Shown here: piece after piece, positions 1 through 12,153 of the stretch | How positions within the stretch are numbered: position 1 is the first letter of the stretch | Layout of the letters: every line of letters begins with the position of its first letter | Notes under the pieces: model-generated | What the model saw: the letters and a program-made list of their open reading frames with translations, nothing else | Told to the model about the DNA's origin: nothing | The model's database searches: none | From: a virus | Lineage: Duplodnaviria > Caudoviricetes | IMG/VR virus record: IMGVR_UViG_3300032225_001931 | Location: 1-44,938 of that record | Length of the DNA stretch: 44,938 bases | Strand: one strand, 5' to 3' | Translations under genes and position numbers: made by a program

Positions 1-1
1 A

Positions 2-562
2 ATCCGTCGCTTTATCATCGGACCACAGATCTTCACCCTGATCAAGAGTGCGTTGATGGATCCTGAATTGGAAAACTTGCCCACAGACATCATGAGTGGG
101 TTGGACTTCCGTATCACCAAGACACAGAAGGGCGGCTACGCTGATTACAACACTTCAAAGTGGGCTAGAAAAGAATCCGCACTCACAGAAGAAGAACAAG
201 CAGCCATTGAAACACACGGCTTGTTTGACTTGAGCACATTCTTGCCCAAGAAGCCCACTGATGTGGAACTGCGTGTGATGAAAGAAATGTTTGAAGCATC
301 AGTGGATGGCAAAGCGTTCGACATGGAGCGTTGGGGACAATACTTCCGTCCTGCTGGTATGCAAGCACCTGCTGGTGCAGCCGCAGCAGATGTGGACGAA
401 GATGTTCCGGTGATCAAAGCAGCACCTGCAGCCAAGGCACCTGTGAGTGACTTTGACGACGAAGACACTCCTGTGGCAACAGCACCAGTGGCCAAGCCAG
501 CAGAAGGCAACAAGAAAGCCGAGGACATCTTGGCCATGATCCGCAGTCGCCAGAACAAGTAA
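2..562 (+). CDS. gp32: single-stranded DNA-binding protein, T4 gp32-like (5'-truncated by window edge)
   Basis: Frame is open from position 2 (IRRFIIGPQIF...). GLDFRITKTQKGGYADYNTSKW resembles the gp32 core. Acidic, Ala-rich C-terminal tail. Upstream of uvsX. Confidence 0.8.
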   Translation: MRRFIIGPQIFTLIKSALMDPELENLPTDIMSGLDFRITKTQKGGYADYNTSKWARKESALTEEEQAAIETHGLFDLSTFLPKKPTDVELRVMKEMFEASVDGKAFDMERWGQYFRPAGMQAPAGAAAADVDEDVPVIKAAPAAKAPVSDFDDEDTPVATAPVAKPAEGNKKAEDILAMIRSRQNK

Positions 563-580
563 CCGCAGTGATCGAGTTTG

Positions 581-1477
581 ATGAGATTTTCGTTGGTTTT
601 TGAAAATTCTGGCGATACTATTCCCGTCGACTCGATCAATCAAGAGCTGTTGGAATATTATGTAGATCAGATGGATCAGCTGGGACTTAATAAGTTTCTA
701 GCCGATCCATCAACTGGTAATTGTATTTTGGGACATGTAAATAGCCTAGCTCAACACATCGTGGAAATTAACAATATTCCTATTCGTGAGGTGATTGGGT
801 ATGACATACCAACTTACCGCGTTGAAGACTATCTGGATCAAGCATTGTTAAATCAACTGCATGCTGATTGGGTAAACTCCTGGGTAAAAAAATACAATAT
901 CTCTGAAAAATTGCAATCACACAGATCTCAGTTGGTTAAAACAATACATGATATGTATCCAGATGATATCCCAACTCCGATGATAGGAGATGTGTTGCAA
1001 AAGTTAGAGATTGACGATGTCTACTGTAAAATCAATGACGGGGTGCATGAGGTCGAGCATCAATTTGATAACATACAATTTTACTGCGAAGGGTATAGAT
1101 CATTATTCATTGGTAATCCCTTTCCAAAAAAACATGTGACCAATGACATCTGTAATTTCAGATTAGGACAACACATTCGAGGAAGGATTCTTCGTAACAA
1201 ATATCGAAATTTTGATATGAAACTGTTGGCCCAGGATGAAAACACATTTGATAACTTTTATGGAATTGTAGAAATCAGTTTAAAACCTCCTGAGACCATG
1301 CCTTACAGCAAGGAATACACACAGTGGTGCCGATCACACAACAGAGAACCAACAGGCGACTATTTAAATTTTGGGAACATAGTTGATTTGATTGATAAGT
1401 TAACAATGTATAGACAGATCATATTTAGAAACTTGTTGAATAAAAACAGTTTTTCAATTCATTTAAAAAGAGGATAA
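581..1477 (+). CDS. hypothetical protein (AT-rich accessory gene)
   Basis: ~298-aa ORF filling the gp32-uvsX gap. No recognisable motif. Visibly more AT-rich than its flanks. Confidence 0.7.
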   Translation: MRFSLVFENSGDTIPVDSINQELLEYYVDQMDQLGLNKFLADPSTGNCILGHVNSLAQHIVEINNIPIREVIGYDIPTYRVEDYLDQALLNQLHADWVNSWVKKYNISEKLQSHRSQLVKTIHDMYPDDIPTPMIGDVLQKLEIDDVYCKINDGVHEVEHQFDNIQFYCEGYRSLFIGNPFPKKHVTNDICNFRLGQHIRGRILRNKYRNFDMKLLAQDENTFDNFYGIVEISLKPPETMPYSKEYTQWCRSHNREPTGDYLNFGNIVDLIDKLTMYRQIIFRNLLNKNSFSIHLKRG

Positions 1478-1478
1478 T

Positions 1479-2534
1479 ATGGGAAAACCATTTGACGTAA
1501 GCAAATTCCGTAAGGAAATCACCAAGTCAATCGAAGGATTGAGCATTGGTTTTAACGATCCAACAGATTGGATCTCCACAGGCAACTATGCCTTGAACTA
1601 CTTGATCTCAGGAGACTTTAACAAAGGTATCCCAATGGGTAAAGTCACTGTGTTCGCCGGTGAATCAGGTGCAGGCAAAAGTTACATCTGCTCCGGCAAC
1701 ATCATCAAGAACGCACAGGCACAGGGCATCTATGTGGTGTTGATTGACAGTGAAAACGCACTTGACGAAGACTGGCTCAAAGCCCTGGGCGTGGATACCA
1801 GCGATAGCAAACTGCTCAAACTCAGCATGGCCATGATCGATGACGTGGCCAAAGCTATCTCCACATTCATGAGCGACTACAAGGCTCTGCCAGATGGTGA
1901 GCGTCCCAAAGTCATGTTTGTGATTGACAGTCTAGGCATGCTGCTCACACCCACTGATGTGAATCAGTTTGACGCAGGCGAGATGAAAGGTGACCTGGGT
2001 CGTAAACCCAAAGCACTTACCAGTCTTGTGCGTAATTGTGTGAACATGTTTGGTGCATACAATGTGGGCCTGGTCTGCACCAATCACACCTACGCAAGTC
2101 AAGACATGTTTGATCCTGATGACAAGATCTCGGGTGGTCAAGGTTTCATCTATGCCAGCTCGATCGTAGTGGCCATGAAGAAACTCAAACTCAAAGAAGA
2201 TGAGGATGGCAACAAGATCTCTGACGTGATGGGCATCCGTGCTGCTTGCAAGGTCATGAAAACACGCTATGCAAAACCCTTTGAAGGTGTGCAGGTCAAG
2301 ATTCCTTATGAAACAGGAATGAGTCCTTTCTCTGGAATGGTGGATCTTATGGAGAAACGCAATCTCTTAAAGAAAGAAGGCAATAGCCTGGTGTTTGTGA
2401 CCAGCGACGGCGAGATCATCAAGAAGTTCCGCAAGAAGTGGGAAGCCAATGAAGAAGGCTGTTTGGATCGTGCCATGGCAGACTTTGGCAATCACAAAGA
2501 AGAGGTAGTCACAGTTGAGGAGGCAGCAGAATGA
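1479..2534 (+). CDS. uvsX: UvsX/RecA-like recombinase
   Basis: Walker A GESGAGKS, IDSENALD, Walker B VIDSLG, NHTY and GGQGFIYASS. AGGA Shine-Dalgarno upstream. Confidence 0.93.
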   Translation: MGKPFDVSKFRKEITKSIEGLSIGFNDPTDWISTGNYALNYLISGDFNKGIPMGKVTVFAGESGAGKSYICSGNIIKNAQAQGIYVVLIDSENALDEDWLKALGVDTSDSKLLKLSMAMIDDVAKAISTFMSDYKALPDGERPKVMFVIDSLGMLLTPTDVNQFDAGEMKGDLGRKPKALTSLVRNCVNMFGAYNVGLVCTNHTYASQDMFDPDDKISGGQGFIYASSIVVAMKKLKLKEDEDGNKISDVMGIRAACKVMKTRYAKPFEGVQVKIPYETGMSPFSGMVDLMEKRNLLKKEGNSLVFVTSDGEIIKKFRKKWEANEEGCLDRAMADFGNHKEEVVTVEEAAE

Positions 2535-2812
2535 GTGAAGCAGTAGCAGTGGCCAGCGAATTGTGGTCAGAACTCAAGCGTTATGTAAACACAGTGGATC
2601 GTGACGAAGCCGCCGAAACAGTGGTGGCCATCTTGATCGACAACGACTGTGATGTAGATAATATCAAGGACACATTCAAAGGCGACTCAGATATCAAACG
2701 AGCACTTACCGCATATCTTGACAACGACAAATCCTACGAAGACGAGGATGACGACGAAGATGACGGTGTTGACGCAGAAGAAGATTACAACGAAGACGAC
2801 TGGGAAAACTGA
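2531..2812 (+). CDS. hypothetical protein with highly acidic C-terminus
   Basis: ATGA overlap with uvsX stop and TGATG coupling to the next gene. D/E-rich tail. Confidence 0.75.
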   Translation: MSEAVAVASELWSELKRYVNTVDRDEAAETVVAILIDNDCDVDNIKDTFKGDSDIKRALTAYLDNDKSYEDEDDDEDDGVDAEEDYNEDDWEN

Positions 2813-3264
2813 TGTGGTATAGCAAGGTAGTGGCCAACTTGGCGGCCATTCCTGATTTTATAGACCATTATGAAGCAGAGCTTGATGCAGCCAAACGAGA
2901 TTGTAAAATATCGGGTGTGCTGGAAAAAAACATCACAGCTCTGCCCGGCATCACAGAACAACGCTTCAATCAACTACAGGAGATTGAAGCTGTTCTCAAC
3001 TATCTCAACATCCAACTACGCAAGATACGCAGGAAACACTTCCAAAAGTATCTGGAAGGCTATGCTCGTGCTCTTACGTCACGTGATGCTGAAAAGTATG
3101 CTGAAGGCGAGGACGAAGTGGTGGACTTTGAAACCATCATCAACGAAGTGGCTCTGCTACGCAATCGTTGGTTGGGTATCATGAAGGGCTTGGATACCAA
3201 ACAATGGCAGATGGGCCATGTTGTGAGACTACGCACAGCAGGCATGGAAGATATTACAGTATGA
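2812..3264 (+). CDS. uvsY: UvsY-like recombination mediator
   Basis: 150-aa helical protein near uvsX. The C-terminal MKGLDTKQWQMGHVVRLRTAG resembles UvsY. Confidence 0.75.
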   Translation: MWYSKVVANLAAIPDFIDHYEAELDAAKRDCKISGVLEKNITALPGITEQRFNQLQEIEAVLNYLNIQLRKIRRKHFQKYLEGYARALTSRDAEKYAEGEDEVVDFETIINEVALLRNRWLGIMKGLDTKQWQMGHVVRLRTAGMEDITV

Positions 3265-5085
<1,821 letters not shown>

Positions 5086-5102
5086 AGTGATAATTAGTAT
5101 AT

Positions 5103-5882
5103 ATGCACTTTACTCTTCCATACGAAAGACAAGGTCACAGCCAATTTGGTGAGACCGGTATCATTGAACTCTTACTCGCAGGATTGCAAGATCCAAATCA
5201 AACCTTTGTAGAAATAGGGTTTGGCACAGGCAATCAGAATATGACCATGGATCTATTAGATCGCGGATATCGCGGGGTAGGAGTTGATGGTAGAGAATGG
5301 GAACCTGATACACCAAATCGTTGGGGTGATGCTGTCACTAAACTAAAACAGATGATCACCACAGAAGATATAGTGGATGTTCTACGACCAGTAGCTGATT
5401 GGAATACTGATTTCTTTAGCCTCGACATAGACAGTTTTGACTATGAAGTAGCTCGTGTGCTACTAGAAGCAGGGTTCCGCCCTGCTGTGGTGTGTGTGGA
5501 AATCAACCCGCACTTTGGATCTACCACACAGGCCAGCTTTCCTTATATCGCCAATGTAAAGAAAAAGACCTATGATCGTAGATATTTTCGTGGTGCCAGC
5601 CTGAGTAAATATACCAAACTGTGGCAGCATTACGGTATGGAATTTTTTACACTAAACAGCGTGAGTTATCACAATGCTTTTTACTATGACCCTGCTAGAG
5701 TCACTAGACCTGATGTACCAGTGATCCAACAGGTAAATCAAAATCATTTTGATTGGTTGCTTGCCCCCGAACACCCTAATCCTGATTCAGTGCTATATGA
5801 TGATACTGAGTTGCGTAACATGATCTCCGAACATTGGTTTTGGAAAGATTATCAACAAACTATTTACAAGGATTTTAAATGA
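5103..5882 (+). CDS. SAM-dependent methyltransferase-like protein (FkbM-like)
   Basis: SQFGETGII, FVEIGFGTG (SAM motif I), FSLDIDSFDY, VVCVEIN and GASL. Confidence 0.65.
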   Translation: MHFTLPYERQGHSQFGETGIIELLLAGLQDPNQTFVEIGFGTGNQNMTMDLLDRGYRGVGVDGREWEPDTPNRWGDAVTKLKQMITTEDIVDVLRPVADWNTDFFSLDIDSFDYEVARVLLEAGFRPAVVCVEINPHFGSTTQASFPYIANVKKKTYDRRYFRGASLSKYTKLWQHYGMEFFTLNSVSYHNAFYYDPARVTRPDVPVIQQVNQNHFDWLLAPEHPNPDSVLYDDTELRNMISEHWFWKDYQQTIYKDFK

Positions 5883-6706
5883 CCAAATATGCTGTGGTGA
5901 CCACATTCAATCAATCGGGCTACGACAAGTATGCCAGCCGAATGATTGATACATTCTTAAAGACTTGGCCCGGAGAAGTCGATCTCTATGTGTATACAGA
6001 AGACTGTGCGATCACACAAACAGCCCGAAATCTGCATGTGAGAAACTTACACGAAGTCAGTCCAGAGATAGTTGCTTTCAAACAGCAATGGGGATCTGAT
6101 CCGCGAGCTCGCGGAGAAGTGGCTACAGGTCCTGCGGATGCAAAAGGCAAAGCACCAGGCATAGGATTCCGTTGGGATGCCATACGCTTCAGTCACAAAG
6201 CCTACAGTGTGTTCCATGCTGCTGCCAACTGCAAGTGTGATGTGCTGTTCTGGATGGATGCTGACATGGTTTGCCATAGTAGACTCAATGAAGCAGTTTT
6301 ACTATCACAGATGCCCGCAGATGTGGGACTTGCTTATTTGGGTAGAGAAAAGAAGTTCAGCGAGTGTGGATTGTATGGTATGAACTTGAATAACCCTGTC
6401 ACTCGACTATGGTTGAAAGAGTTCCAATTGGCCTATGATTCCGGCCGCCTTATGACCATGTCTGAATGGAACGATTGCTGGGTGTTTGATGAGACTAGAA
6501 CAGAAGTGCAAGCCTTACACCCCGAGTGGCGAGTGCTAAACTGGAGCGCAGGATTGATTCGAGGCGAAGGACATCCATTGATCAACACAGTGTGGGGCAC
6601 ATATCTGGATCACCTTAAAGGCAATAGAAAAGCCACTGGGCGTAGCCTTGCGTCTGACCTCATACGACCCAGGCGCGAACGCTATTGGTCGTCTGCGTCG
6701 TCCTGA
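5879..6706 (+). CDS. GT-A fold glycosyltransferase
   Basis: WMDAD DxD motif, RFSHK and C-terminal DHLKG. ATGA overlap with the upstream gene. Confidence 0.65.
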   Translation: MTKYAVVTTFNQSGYDKYASRMIDTFLKTWPGEVDLYVYTEDCAITQTARNLHVRNLHEVSPEIVAFKQQWGSDPRARGEVATGPADAKGKAPGIGFRWDAIRFSHKAYSVFHAAANCKCDVLFWMDADMVCHSRLNEAVLLSQMPADVGLAYLGREKKFSECGLYGMNLNNPVTRLWLKEFQLAYDSGRLMTMSEWNDCWVFDETRTEVQALHPEWRVLNWSAGLIRGEGHPLINTVWGTYLDHLKGNRKATGRSLASDLIRPRRERYWSSASS

Positions 6707-7413
6707 TTGTATTCGGCCTTGCTGTGCTTGGCCTTGTAGTGTATGAGATGATCACCCAGTATGGTATGACGCAGCGGAGTTTTGTATTTCTTACCAAAAT
6801 TCTCACATAGGTCAAATACAGCAGCATCGGGCACTGCTAACAGTGCTGCACCAAACACATCATTGTCATAGAATCTACGCAGATCACCATAGTCACGCTC
6901 ATGATATCTACGGCAATATTCTGCTCTAAATGCAGCAAAGTCCGGATGTTGGGTATTCACGGCAAACACACCAGTTTCGGGTACTACCCAATGTCCAGGC
7001 CTCTGTTGCTTATCTAAGCTATAGGTCACTCCCATATACATGGTTAGATCTTGGCGCCGTAGCACTCTTTCTAGCAGTTCGATAGGCAAGGTCTGTGTAG
7101 TGATTACATCAGCATCTAACCATATGATCCATTCAGCCGGGCTGTGATGCATAGCATGCATCACGCTGTAGGCCTTCTTGGCAAACTTTTTCATGCTTTG
7201 ATTTAAACTAGTGTCCAACTGATATTGAGCATAGTCTGGATCCAACTCGGAAAAATCTATCTGATGTATACGAGCATGTGTGGGCAACTGGAATTCTTCT
7301 ACATAGCAGGTAATCGAAAGTTCTGCAGGCCAATGTTCTAAAAAACTGTCCACTGAGTCTCGACCAATGAGATCATAGTAGTATTGATTAAAACTGGTGA
7401 TAACTTCAATCAT
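6682..7413 (-). CDS. GT-A fold glycosyltransferase (paralog of 5879-6706)
   Basis: Start moved to ATG 7413, which overlaps the previous stop as ATGA. VITSFNQ, KFAKKAYSV, WLDAD and HYKA. Confidence 0.65.
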   Translation of the reverse strand: MIEVITSFNQYYYDLIGRDSVDSFLEHWPAELSITCYVEEFQLPTHARIHQIDFSELDPDYAQYQLDTSLNQSMKKFAKKAYSVMHAMHHSPAEWIIWLDADVITTQTLPIELLERVLRRQDLTMYMGVTYSLDKQQRPGHWVVPETGVFAVNTQHPDFAAFRAEYCRRYHERDYGDLRRFYDNDVFGAALLAVPDAAVFDLCENFGKKYKTPLRHTILGDHLIHYKAKHSKAEYNQDDADDQ

Positions 7414-8375
7414 TTGTTTGCCCATTTTTTCATGTGTTGCCAACAAGCACCTGACTGTAGTTCTGCATGGCTCCAATGGAACTGACTGATACGCTGTATC
7501 CACGCATCACGATCGGGCATGAGAGGATTCTCTATACGATGTATACCTGGAGTGGCTACATCACGAGCCTGGCTACGATCTGGATCGGTTAGGATCACTG
7601 GAATGCCTTGTATCACTGCTGCCACGCCCGGGCTAGAGTTGTGATTCACAACTGCCCAGCAGTCAGTGAAATCATCCATGAGACTGTGTGCTTCTGAACT
7701 GATTCCTATGCCTTTGAACCCGCGGCCCGCACACAGTTTCATTATTCTTTCACAGTATTTTCTAGCTTTTTTGTCACCGGGATGTGGGCGTATGCGTATG
7801 TGCCGATCACTGTATTTGCGTAGTTCAATTATGTTCTTCAATGCCCAATCTACCACATCCCATCCTGCCATGCTCCATCCACCATCTCGTTGTAAACATA
7901 GTAGTATGTGATTGCCAGTTTGTCGCCAAGGGTGGAGGTGAACTCCGCAATGAGCTTGTATCTGTGCCCACCGATCAGGATCTGGTGCATGATCGCAGTA
8001 TTCACCGGTGTTGGCAAATATGCCATCATAACTGTAGCGTAACCAGTAGCCTGGATTAGATCGATTTTTGTATAGAAATAGATTGCTATCAGCTATCACG
8101 GTCCTACCACCAGCGGCGCGCTGCCCGTCCAGGATCTCTTGACGGAATTGTAGATGTGCTGCGGTTTTACCATGCTCATGCACCCAGCCCAGGATCACAG
8201 CTACTTCACTGGGCTGATAATTCATGTTGGTTTCAATCGTGCCCTGATCACCCGAGGCATTTACTCCTTGGGCAAAGTATCTCAATGTATCCAGTTTGTC
8301 TGTGGCGTTTTTTAGACTCTCGGGGGTGTATTGCTCTTTTCGAGGCAGTGTGGCAGTGTAACTTATCACTCTCAT
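7410..8375 (-). CDS. capsule-biosynthesis-like glycosyltransferase
   Basis: IRIRPHPGD, AVVNHNSSPGVAAVIQGIP and IENPLMPDR. Confidence 0.6.
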   Translation of the reverse strand: MRVISYTATLPRKEQYTPESLKNATDKLDTLRYFAQGVNASGDQGTIETNMNYQPSEVAVILGWVHEHGKTAAHLQFRQEILDGQRAAGGRTVIADSNLFLYKNRSNPGYWLRYSYDGIFANTGEYCDHAPDPDRWAQIQAHCGVHLHPWRQTGNHILLCLQRDGGWSMAGWDVVDWALKNIIELRKYSDRHIRIRPHPGDKKARKYCERIMKLCAGRGFKGIGISSEAHSLMDDFTDCWAVVNHNSSPGVAAVIQGIPVILTDPDRSQARDVATPGIHRIENPLMPDRDAWIQRISQFHWSHAELQSGACWQHMKKWANK

Positions 8376-9184
8376 TGTTCTTGCATCAGTCTAAATGCTG
8401 TTCCATTCTTTAATTCTCTCACATGGTATTGCCCATAAGCCATGCTGTGACACCAGGCCATCAACAGGTCCTGATCTGGATAAACAGGATTGTCCATCAG
8501 ACTCAGGTCTCGGTTGGCCACGGGTTCTGCTACATGACTAGGTGCTAACACAAACGCCGGCACCCCGGCTAGGATGCTTTCCACTGCTGCTATGCTGTTG
8601 AAAGTGACAACAGCATGCACATCTTGCGCCAGCACCTGACTCAGCGGTTCTTTTAACACTCTGTCTGATCTCTTGGCTGCTCGTTCACGCACTTCTACCG
8701 GACGATCGGTGTGTTTCTGGATTTCGGCCACTGTGTCCTGGATCCATTGTTGTTGATCAATACCATAATACCTACAAGGTTTTTCATCCGGTGCTGCTAC
8801 AATGATACGATGTCCTGATCTCCTGGGGTGTATTTTAACACCCAGCCGGTCCCAACGATCACTGGGCCGAACTCTTATGGTTCGATGTTGTAGATCATTC
8901 AGCACTATCCTGTGATATTGTTTGATACCTTGACTATTTCTATCGCCTATATTGTTACCCACATAACCCGAATCCATGTAGTAGAAGTTGTTGTGATCCT
9001 CTAGACACTGTTTCATTATCTTGTGTTTGAGTATGCCTCGCAATACCAATTGATTGCGATCCGCTGCTATGTCGTAGCGATAATCAAAGTAATCTGAATT
9101 AGTGGGTGTGATGTTGGCACTCTTGGCCAACATGTTGACGTATTCATCCTCGCCGCCTTTGCTGAGAAACACCCATCCACTCAT
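8372..9184 (-). CDS. capsule-biosynthesis-like glycosyltransferase
   Basis: YYMDSGY and AVVTFNSIAAVESILAGVPAF. Same family as its two neighbours. Confidence 0.6.
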   Translation of the reverse strand: MSGWVFLSKGGEDEYVNMLAKSANITPTNSDYFDYRYDIAADRNQLVLRGILKHKIMKQCLEDHNNFYYMDSGYVGNNIGDRNSQGIKQYHRIVLNDLQHRTIRVRPSDRWDRLGVKIHPRRSGHRIIVAAPDEKPCRYYGIDQQQWIQDTVAEIQKHTDRPVEVRERAAKRSDRVLKEPLSQVLAQDVHAVVTFNSIAAVESILAGVPAFVLAPSHVAEPVANRDLSLMDNPVYPDQDLLMAWCHSMAYGQYHVRELKNGTAFRLMQEQ

Positions 9185-9870
9185 GGAGTTATCCTCTGTT
9201 GACAGTATTCAGTGAAGATGCGCTCTTTGTGCCAATCATCCGAAAAGTCCCCGCGATCTGCAAATTCGTGAAAGCAAGGTGTTCCTAGGGTGTAGTGGAT
9301 TAGTTTAGCCAATGGATTGTATTCGTATTCCACATCCAGCCAGTTCCATTCAGCAGGCAATTCGCCTATACGTTGGTCGTCCAGCCAGGAAAATCTATGC
9401 AAGAACGCACCTGTGCTTTTCTGCACAAACTCGGGGGTCAATATGCGATTGCGTATGGCATTGCAATTCCACAGGATCACTGAACTCCAGTTCTTTCTGG
9501 GATAGTTCTCATTGGTGTTGCCTAGATACTTCTCAGTCATCCTGGTTTCATAATCGTGTTTGACCACTAGCACATCCTTGGTATAGTCTTTCAAGTTCCA
9601 TAGTTCTGCTATGTCTCCGCGCAGGATCATGTCGCCGTCAATGAATATGGCCCAGCCCTGATAGTCCATGAGATGCGGCACCAGGAAACGTGTGTAGATG
9701 AAATGATTGGATCCATCTGTGTGTGTTTCAGCATAGTCTCCAAAAAGATTCAAAGCAACTGGCACGATGGCCACAGGCTGACTGCTGTTGCGTATGATCG
9801 AATTCACGCAGGTATGATAAGCAATGGCTTCTCTAGGATCATATCCCACAAACACAGGAATGGGTTTCAT
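9181..9870 (-). CDS. GT8-like glycosyltransferase
   Basis: VFVGYDPRE, FIYTRFLVP, FIDGD (DxD), YPRKNWSSV, LPAEWNWL and HYTLGTP. Confidence 0.75.
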   Translation of the reverse strand: MKPIPVFVGYDPREAIAYHTCVNSIIRNSSQPVAIVPVALNLFGDYAETHTDGSNHFIYTRFLVPHLMDYQGWAIFIDGDMILRGDIAELWNLKDYTKDVLVVKHDYETRMTEKYLGNTNENYPRKNWSSVILWNCNAIRNRILTPEFVQKSTGAFLHRFSWLDDQRIGELPAEWNWLDVEYEYNPLAKLIHYTLGTPCFHEFADRGDFSDDWHKERIFTEYCQQRITP

Positions 9871-9907
9871 GTAAATATTTATCGGCGTATATAACGATAA
9901 ATAAAGA

Positions 9908-10540
9908 ATGACATGGCTTAAACATTATCGTGATCGCTACTACGACTTGTTAAATCCTCAAGTGAGTGGCGCCAAAAGAGGCCTGACAGAAGGTCTTTAT
10001 CAACGGGCCGACGGATTTAATCTTGTGTTTGCATATCTGGAAAGTCTCAATCAACCTGAATATCACATCATTGAAACTGGTACCATGCGAAATCCCGGCA
10101 ATTGGAAAGATGGCCAAAGTGCTAGATTGTTCACTGAATTTGTAGAATGTCACGGTGGCAGTGTGCGTAGTGTGGATATAGATCCTCTAGCAGTGATCGC
10201 TGCTCGAAATTCAATCCAATGCACTCAATTTGAAAGCACATGCCAAGATAGTGTGCTTTATCTAGCCACACAACTGGATTTAGATCGTGTGGATCTTTTC
10301 TATCTTGACAGCTATGATGTAAAATGGAACAATGATCACGACAGCGCCGCCCACCATTTGATGGAATTCCAAGTAATTGAACCACATTTAAAACCCGGTT
10401 GTCTGGTGGTAATCGACGACAACAGTAGATTTTTAAATAACAATCAGCGCACAGGAAAAGGTCATTACATTGCAGACTACTTGGATACAAAAGGAATCCA
10501 GCCTTTGTACGATCATTATCAAATCATTTATAGATTCTAA
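9908..10540 (+). CDS. class I SAM-dependent methyltransferase
   Basis: IIETGT, SVDID, DLFYLDS and LKPGCLVVIDD. Confidence 0.75.
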   Translation: MTWLKHYRDRYYDLLNPQVSGAKRGLTEGLYQRADGFNLVFAYLESLNQPEYHIIETGTMRNPGNWKDGQSARLFTEFVECHGGSVRSVDIDPLAVIAARNSIQCTQFESTCQDSVLYLATQLDLDRVDLFYLDSYDVKWNNDHDSAAHHLMEFQVIEPHLKPGCLVVIDDNSRFLNNNQRTGKGHYIADYLDTKGIQPLYDHYQIIYRF

Positions 10541-10542
10541 TC

Positions 10543-11331
10543 ATGATTATTGACACACTTCTCTTCAACAACGAGTTTGACATGCTGGACATACATCTAG
10601 CCATCACTGACCATTATGTGGATCGTTGGGTGATCCTGGAAGCCAGCAGAACATTCAGCGGCCGTGCCAAACCCTACAATCTCCTGGACAATCTTGGTCG
10701 CTATTGGCAACAATACGGCGATAGGATACGGGTTGTCACACTGGCGTTAGAAGAACATGAAACCAATCTCATATGCGAAACCCGCATGCGCCAAGCCATC
10801 GCACCTGCACTTGCAGACTGTGATCCCAACGACATTGTGATACACGGCGATCTAGATGAAATAATCAATCCAGAGTGCTGGGCAGATATTGTGACCATGA
10901 TGGATCAACACGACCGACCCGTCAGCTGCGGGTTTGAAATGTACATGTACCGGCTGGATCAGCGTGCCGAGCGTGGATGGAAAGGCAGTGTGGTAGCTCG
11001 TCGACGCATGTTTGATACTCCGCATGAGCTATACAAAGGTGCCAGCATCAAACGCAAAAATAGAGATCATTGTGTGGGATTTCCTACACCTGTGGGCTGG
11101 CACTGGACCTGGATGGGGTCGGATGATCTCATACGCAACAAGGTTGTGAGCTGTATAGAAAGCCAACACAGAGATCCTGAACAGATCCTGTCAGCATTTA
11201 AACAACTGGACACTATCTCAGCGATAAATCACAAAGCCACCACACATGTGATTGATGTCAGATATCCCGAAATGGTGCAAAACATCCTAAAAAGATATCC
11301 CGCATATTGGCATAATCCGCCACAGGATTAG
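10543..11331 (+). CDS. GT17-like (beta-1,4-GlcNAc transferase-like) glycosyltransferase
   Basis: FNNEFDML, VILEASRTFSGRAKP, GDLDEI and GWHWTW match the GT17 pattern. Confidence 0.75.
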   Translation: MIIDTLLFNNEFDMLDIHLAITDHYVDRWVILEASRTFSGRAKPYNLLDNLGRYWQQYGDRIRVVTLALEEHETNLICETRMRQAIAPALADCDPNDIVIHGDLDEIINPECWADIVTMMDQHDRPVSCGFEMYMYRLDQRAERGWKGSVVARRRMFDTPHELYKGASIKRKNRDHCVGFPTPVGWHWTWMGSDDLIRNKVVSCIESQHRDPEQILSAFKQLDTISAINHKATTHVIDVRYPEMVQNILKRYPAYWHNPPQD

Positions 11332-11332
11332 C

Positions 11333-12148
11333 ATGGCCACACAAGCTGAAAAAGATCTGCACAGGGCAGAACGCGAAGCACATCGCGCTCACAAAAGAAT
11401 CAACCCTGCACCTATTGTCACAACGGATCCTGATGGGCCCGTGGATTGTGCCTGTGTGATACATGGTGCAGGATACGATTTCACTTATGTAGACAGACTC
11501 TACAACATGCTCGCCCGTCATTTAACCCGTGGGGTGAGATTACATGTTTACACAGAAGCCAGCAGACCTGTGCCTGCTCACATGATTCGGCATGATCTGA
11601 CAGAATGGCCCGGAGTTTCAGGACGCAAACGCAGCTGGTGGTATAAGATGCAGTTGTTCAACTCCGATCATTTTCGCGGGCAACTGCTGTATTTTGATCT
11701 GGATACAGTGATAGTGAGCAATATAGATTGGATGACTAGACTGAGTCCAGTATTCTTTTGGACCGTGAGAGATTTCAGAAGTCTTTGGAAACCGGATCTA
11801 CAAACTATAAACTCTTCGGTGATGTATTGGAATACCACTCATTATGATGGTGTGTGGCAGAATTTCAATCAGCAGTCTGACCGTATCCGTATAAATCATC
11901 AACACGGCGGCGACCAAGAATACTTGAACACAGTTATACCTGCACACAAGCGCAGATTCTTAGATGAAAATCGAGTCATAAGCTGGCGATGGACCGCACT
12001 GGATGGCGGCATGAATTTTCGAAATAGAACATATTTCAGACCCGGACGCGGCACCATACTAGCACCCAGTAATAGTGTGTTGGTATTTCACGGTGACCCT
12101 AAACCGCATGAAGTCACCGATGCAGTGATAAAACAACATTGGAAGTAG
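11333..12148 (+). CDS. GT-A fold glycosyltransferase
   Basis: YVDRLYNM, WWYKMQLF, LYFDLDTVI (DxD), NSSVM, GDQEYL and FHGDPKP. Confidence 0.75.
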   Translation: MATQAEKDLHRAEREAHRAHKRINPAPIVTTDPDGPVDCACVIHGAGYDFTYVDRLYNMLARHLTRGVRLHVYTEASRPVPAHMIRHDLTEWPGVSGRKRSWWYKMQLFNSDHFRGQLLYFDLDTVIVSNIDWMTRLSPVFFWTVRDFRSLWKPDLQTINSSVMYWNTTHYDGVWQNFNQQSDRIRINHQHGGDQEYLNTVIPAHKRRFLDENRVISWRWTALDGGMNFRNRTYFRPGRGTILAPSNSVLVFHGDPKPHEVTDAVIKQHWK

Positions 12149-12153
12149 ATAAT